In this document: positions 61,370 through 64,000 of the stretch, piece after piece
Layout of the letters: the number at the start of each line of letters is the position of its first letter
Numbering within the stretch: the first letter of the stretch is position 1
From: Azolla caroliniana
Taxonomy: Eukaryota; Plantae; Polypodiophyta
Reading direction: 5' to 3'
DNA length: 64,000 nt
NCBI GenBank assembly: GCA_043228905.1
Contig: JBHGNT010000005.1
Location: 19,344,001-19,408,000, forward strand
Notes under the pieces: generated by a model
Told to the model about the DNA's origin: nothing
Database searches by the model: none
What the model saw: only the letters and a program-made list of their open reading frames with translations
Made by a program: the position numbers and the translations under genes

Positions 61370-61827
61370 TGTTGAGAGACAAGCTCAACATCGGCCAGAT
61401 CGGCTGAAGAAGCCGAGGATCGGATCGGTTGGGACCGATCGGTTAGGCCGAATGCGTAAACCGGTACGCAAACCGGTGCGTAGGTAGGGCCGGATCGGTG
61501 CGTAAACCGGGAGGCCGTTAGGAAAGATATTCCGTGAGGAATATATTTGGGAGTTAGTGTAGGAGCTCTTAATGAGCATTGAAGTACTGTCAGTACTTCG
61601 GTCAGTCCTTCTAGGACTTGTATAAAAGTGTTCATTGAACACACGTATGTATAGAGTGTGGTGAATAGAGATTTAGTACCGCTGTTGAATATAGTTCTTG
61701 TTTTTTTTCCTCTCTCACTCTCTCTGTCTCTCCCGCGTATACTGCGTAAGCTCAAGCTCTCCATTAAACCTGAGTTTTCTTCCTTCTGTTCGGTCTTCAT
61801 ACTTGCTTCCGCACGTTACTCTTTACA
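61370..61827 (+). repeat. 5' LTR of copia C (458 bp)
   Basis: TG...CA termini, TATAAAA at 61621, adjacent PBS. Confidence 0.88.
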
Positions 61828-64000
61828 TGGTATCAGAGCGAGATGGTCGAGAACCTCTCTGCAGCCGACACAGCTTGATGAAGAAGAACAAGAAGAACGA
61901 TGGATAGAGGCATGGCGAGCTCGCTTCCAACAAAGAAGCTCGACAGAACCAACTACGCGTCTTGGTCCTACAAGATGCACCAGTACCTGCTTGGGCATGG
62001 CTATTGGAGTTATGTCGAAGGAGCTAATGACGCGGAACTCGAATCGACACACAGAGACTTCCTGTCGTGGGAGCTATCGGCGAGCAGGGTATTATACTGC
62101 TTCGCGTCGTGTGTGGGCGAACAACTATTGAGCTATGTTCGGGATGCAAAGACGCCGAAGGGTGCGTGGGAAAATCTGAAGAAGATTTTCGCCGCGAGCA
62201 CCACAACCAGGAAGCTTCAGCTCTGACAGGAGTTGAGAAACCTATGACAATGCGACTTGTCGGTGGCGGACTATACCTCGAAGATCAAGGATATCTGCAA
62301 CTCCCTCGCCTCCATAGAGGTGAACATCGAGGAGAGCGAGATGGTCCAGATCTGTCTCGGAGGTTTGGCGTCGAAGTTCGGAGCGTTCTGAACGGCTATG
62401 TGTACCTGGGAGAATACGCCGTCCTTTTTCGACTTACAGTCAATGCTCTTGGTAGAGGAGAACCACGCGGGTGCATCTACAAGCACGCACACCGACAACA
62501 GAATGTTGTACACTGAGGGAGATAGGCCCCGTGGACGTGGAGGACGAGGCGAGTTGGCGCGCAATGGAGGCGGCCGACGAGATCAAGGAAGAAGGCACCG
62601 AAGTGATGCCGACAGCAACTCCGGACCCTCCGGAAACAGGGGGAGTCGAAGCGATGAGAACCGGCAAGGGAAGGCCATCGCGGAGTGCTGGTACTATGGC
62701 AAGAAAGGCCACAGGGAAAGTGAGTGTTGGAAGAAGTGCGCTGATTCAGAGAGAACCGGTTCCGAAAACGGTTTCGGACATACCGACAAGGGAAATCGGC
62801 AGCGATCGCACTACGCCGAACACTCCGGGAGAGCTGGAGAAGGGTCTGCCTTTGTGACGAGACACGAAGCAAACTCAATGAAACGGACCACCCCGAGATC
62901 AGACGAGGTGTGGTACGTAGACTCCGGCGCGTCAAACCACATGACGAGCCATAAGGAGTGGTTCTCGTACCTTGAAAAACCGATACAACTTGGAGTAGTC
63001 GCAACTGGAGACGACACTCCGCATCCGATCGCGAATGTCGGAGAAGTTTTCCTTAGCCATGTCGGGCAGAAAGGGAAACTCATGAACGTACTGCACGTTC
63101 CGACAATCACAAAGAACTTGGTCTCGGTCGGATAGATCGTCGACCAAGGGATGGAGGTTCGGTTTACACACCTCCGGTGCTTCATTGAGGAAGAAGGCCG
63201 TGTGATTGCGCAAGGGCGCAGAGATGGGAGGATGTTCATCCTCGACTCCACTGATGGCGGCACCACAATGTTCGTGAAGGGACAAAAATCCGAGTTGGAC
63301 ATCGACTTGTGGCACAAGTGGATAGGCCACATCAACTACCAACGGCTTCAAGACCTGCAATCGAAACAAGTGGTGTTCGGATTGCCCAAATTTAGTGGCC
63401 GAAAGGCACAAATTTGTGAAGCTTGCCAGCTCGGGAAGCAACACCGACTTCCTTTCCCCAACGAGCGAAACCGGAGCCGGAACAAGCTCGACCTTATACA
63501 CTCCGATGTATGGGGGCCAGCACAAAACGTTAGTCTTGGCGGGAGCCGATATTTCGTCTCCTTCATCGACGACCACACGTGGCACACGTGGATCTACCTC
63601 ATTGAGAGGAAGAGCGAAGTCTTCGACTGTTTCCGGGACCTCAAAGGGTTCGTGGAAACGGAAACGGGACGAAAGATCAAGTGCCTGCGGTCGGATGGCG
63701 GGAAAGAGTACTTTTTTGGTCAATTCAACAGTTATCTACAACAAATGGGAATTTGGCGCGAATTCAGTTGTAGATACACGCCGGAGCAGAATGGCGTTGC
63801 CGAGAGGAAGAATCGGTCAGTTGTGGAAGCGGCACGGGCAATGTTAGAGGAGAAGAGCTTGCCCAAGTTCTACTGGGCTGAGGCGGTAAGGACCGCGGTA
63901 TACATCCAGAACCGAATCGGAGACAAAGTGTCGGCGCACGAGCTATATTTCGGAACGAAGCCGAACTTGTGACACTTGAGGGTGTTCGGTAGCATTGCGT
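61370..64000 (+). mobile_element. Ty1/copia retrotransposon C (same lineage as copia A), degenerate, runs off the right edge
   Basis: 5' LTR 61370-61827 (TGTTGAGAGACAAGCTCAAC...CTTTACA). PBS TGGTATCAGAGC 61828-61839. gag from ~61912 (MASSLPTKKLDRTNYASWSYKMHQYL). Protease VWYVDSGASNHM. Integrase 63151-63972. Five in-frame stops. Confidence 0.95.

Overview
Eukaryotic nuclear DNA from a land plant. A non-seed plant such as a fern or bryophyte is likely from the transposon lineages and GDH type; this is inference. Two intact, intron-rich minus-strand genes occupy the centre. The first is a 16-exon glutamate dehydrogenase (CDS 22847->14088, 512 aa). It is not the canonical angiosperm GDH1/2 type but resembles animal/ciliate GDH, including a ~40-aa 'antenna' insertion. 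The second is a 31-exon group-C BEACH-domain protein (CDS 53852->25889, ~3347 aa). Both flanks are nests of decayed retrotransposons. On the left: a copia inserted in a second copia whose 3' LTR carries two convergent tRNA-like Pol III A/B-box cassettes, then an L1 remnant holding a chromovirus solo LTR and an RTEX/CR1-like LINE. On the right: an L1 3' end, interrupted by a chromovirus gypsy, itself interrupted by a copia. Introns carry RTEX/CR1-like LINE pieces, a hAT MITE with an 8-bp TSD, and many short local duplications, several of which copy splice sites. Exon models were read by hand (GT-AG boundaries, phases sum to open frames). Family comparisons are from remembered sequences, not database searches.
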